Source of the DNA: a virus
Lineage: Duplodnaviria; Caudoviricetes
DNA length: 64,000 nucleotides
Virus record (IMG/VR): IMGVR_UViG_3300021311_000141
Coordinates: 8,255-72,254 of that record
Reading direction: 5' to 3' (one strand)
The position numbers and the translations under genes are program-made. The notes under the pieces are model-generated. The model worked only from the letters and a program-made list of their open reading frames with translations, had not been told where the DNA came from and ran no database searches. Of this stretch, positions 63,099 to 64,000 are shown piece by piece (within the stretch, counting starts at the first letter, position 1; the number at the start of each line of letters is the position of its first letter).

Positions 63099-63414
63099 AA
63101 ATCCCGACTACCTCGTTGACGGAATCCCGGCGGAAGACAGGCTGCTGGCTACCGAGGCCATACGTCACTATGGCCTCGAAAACCGTATGTTGCAGATGCA
63201 GGAAGAGCTTGCCGAGGCCATGGCAGCCATAAGCCACTTCCGCCGGGGGCGCGAAAACGCCCGCGAAGAAGTTGCTGAAGAGCTGGCGGATGTGTCCGTC
63301 GTTCTTGAGCATCTTTTGGTGGAATTTGGGCCGGAGGTCGCTCGGTGGCGAGCTATCAAGAAAGAACGGCTGCGCGCAAGACCCTGGATGCAAGGTGTTG
63401 CAATTTTGAGGTGA
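63085..63414 (+). CDS. MazG-like nucleotide pyrophosphohydrolase
   Basis: QEELAEA..EEVAEELADV EXXE..EXXD motif. Confidence 0.8.
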   Translation: MATIRNPDYLVDGIPAEDRLLATEAIRHYGLENRMLQMQEELAEAMAAISHFRRGRENAREEVAEELADVSVVLEHLLVEFGPEVARWRAIKKERLRARPWMQGVAILR

Positions 63415-63418
63415 AGAT

Positions 63419-63472
63419 ATGGCGAATGCGACAAAAATCGAATGGGCGGAAATACCAAGCCGGAAAGGGTGA
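63419..63472 (+). pseudogene. 17-codon remnant of a Gp37/Gp68 (DUF5131)-like gene
   Basis: GAGGTG RBS; MANATKIEWAEIPSRKG stop. Confidence 0.45.
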
Positions 63473-63475
63473 CGG

Positions 63476-64000
63476 ATGGAGATGATAAACAATCCGCAAG
63501 GCATCCGCATCCAGCGCCGCGAATGGTACGATCACCTGCAGAATGACATTTCTCCCCTATGCCGACGGACGCCCGAAGGCGTCCGGGCCGCCTTCCACAT
63601 TGCCGATATGTGGGGCTCACCCTTGGCCATACGCTATTTTGCCAAGATCGGAGACGCATTGGATGACTACAGCTATTGGTTCCTGCTGGGAACCTGCTGG
63701 GTAAGCTACACGGGGTTTTATGAGATATCCCTGTGGAAACAACTTTTCAAGTCCACGCGCCCCCACCGTGATGCCTGCCTGATGAAGCCGACGGAGAGAC
63801 GCTTCTTTCGCCATGCCCTGCCCAAGACGGTGCATTGCTTCCGCGTTCACCGCCCAGGGGAAAAAGACTGGATCTCATACACCCTTGATCTGGACACAGC
63901 GAAACGGATAGCCGCAGCCCGCAGCGTTGCCGAAATCCATAAATACGCCATAGCACGCCACGATCTGATTGCACTCTTCCTGCGCCGGAACGAATACGAA
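63476..64000 (+). CDS. Hypothetical protein running off the window, possible ADP-ribosyltransferase-like fold
   Basis: Open from ATG 63476 to the end; CFRVH..WISYTLD..RRNEYE; not in ORF track. Confidence 0.55.
   Translation, partial: MEMINNPQGIRIQRREWYDHLQNDISPLCRRTPEGVRAAFHIADMWGSPLAIRYFAKIGDALDDYSYWFLLGTCWVSYTGFYEISLWKQLFKSTRPHRDACLMKPTERRFFRHALPKTVHCFRVHRPGEKDWISYTLDLDTAKRIAAARSVAEIHKYAIARHDLIALFLRRNEYE

Noticed and set aside
1-64000. Second DGR target, CRISPR array, tRNA or rRNA genes
   Set aside because: By eye, the TR core occurs only at 9829-9949 and 10597-10720, and I saw no repeat-spacer array or cloverleaf; a computational scan is needed to exclude weak cases

Overview
The whole window is bacteriophage DNA from a Gram-negative host (two-component spanins); the host genus cannot be read from the sequence. 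From about 1 to 41.9 kb (minus strand) is a near-complete P1-like (Punavirus-type) myovirus late region. It holds a consolidated defence-against-restriction operon (hdf, darA, ddrA fused to a ClpP-like domain, ddrB, and a darB ORF missed by the ORF track), tail fibre, baseplate, tape measure, tube, sheath and capsid genes, an intein-containing terminase and a lysis cassette. A complete diversity-generating retroelement (target/VR, hairpin, avd, TR, RT) sits where P1 has its cin invertible tail-fibre cassette, preceded by three small tail genes that share near-identical DNA modules in a chain. From about 42 to 64 kb is a lambdoid-style early region rather than P1 repA/par: an O/P-like replication pair with 10-bp-phased repeats, cII/cro/cI-like genes with matching right and left operators, a tnpB-only IS200/IS605 element, and a recombination operon (split Rad50-like ATPase, UvrD, RdgC-like, beta-clamp-like, MazG-like). 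Gene names rest on motifs I recognise and on synteny with P1 as I recall it; no database search was run.
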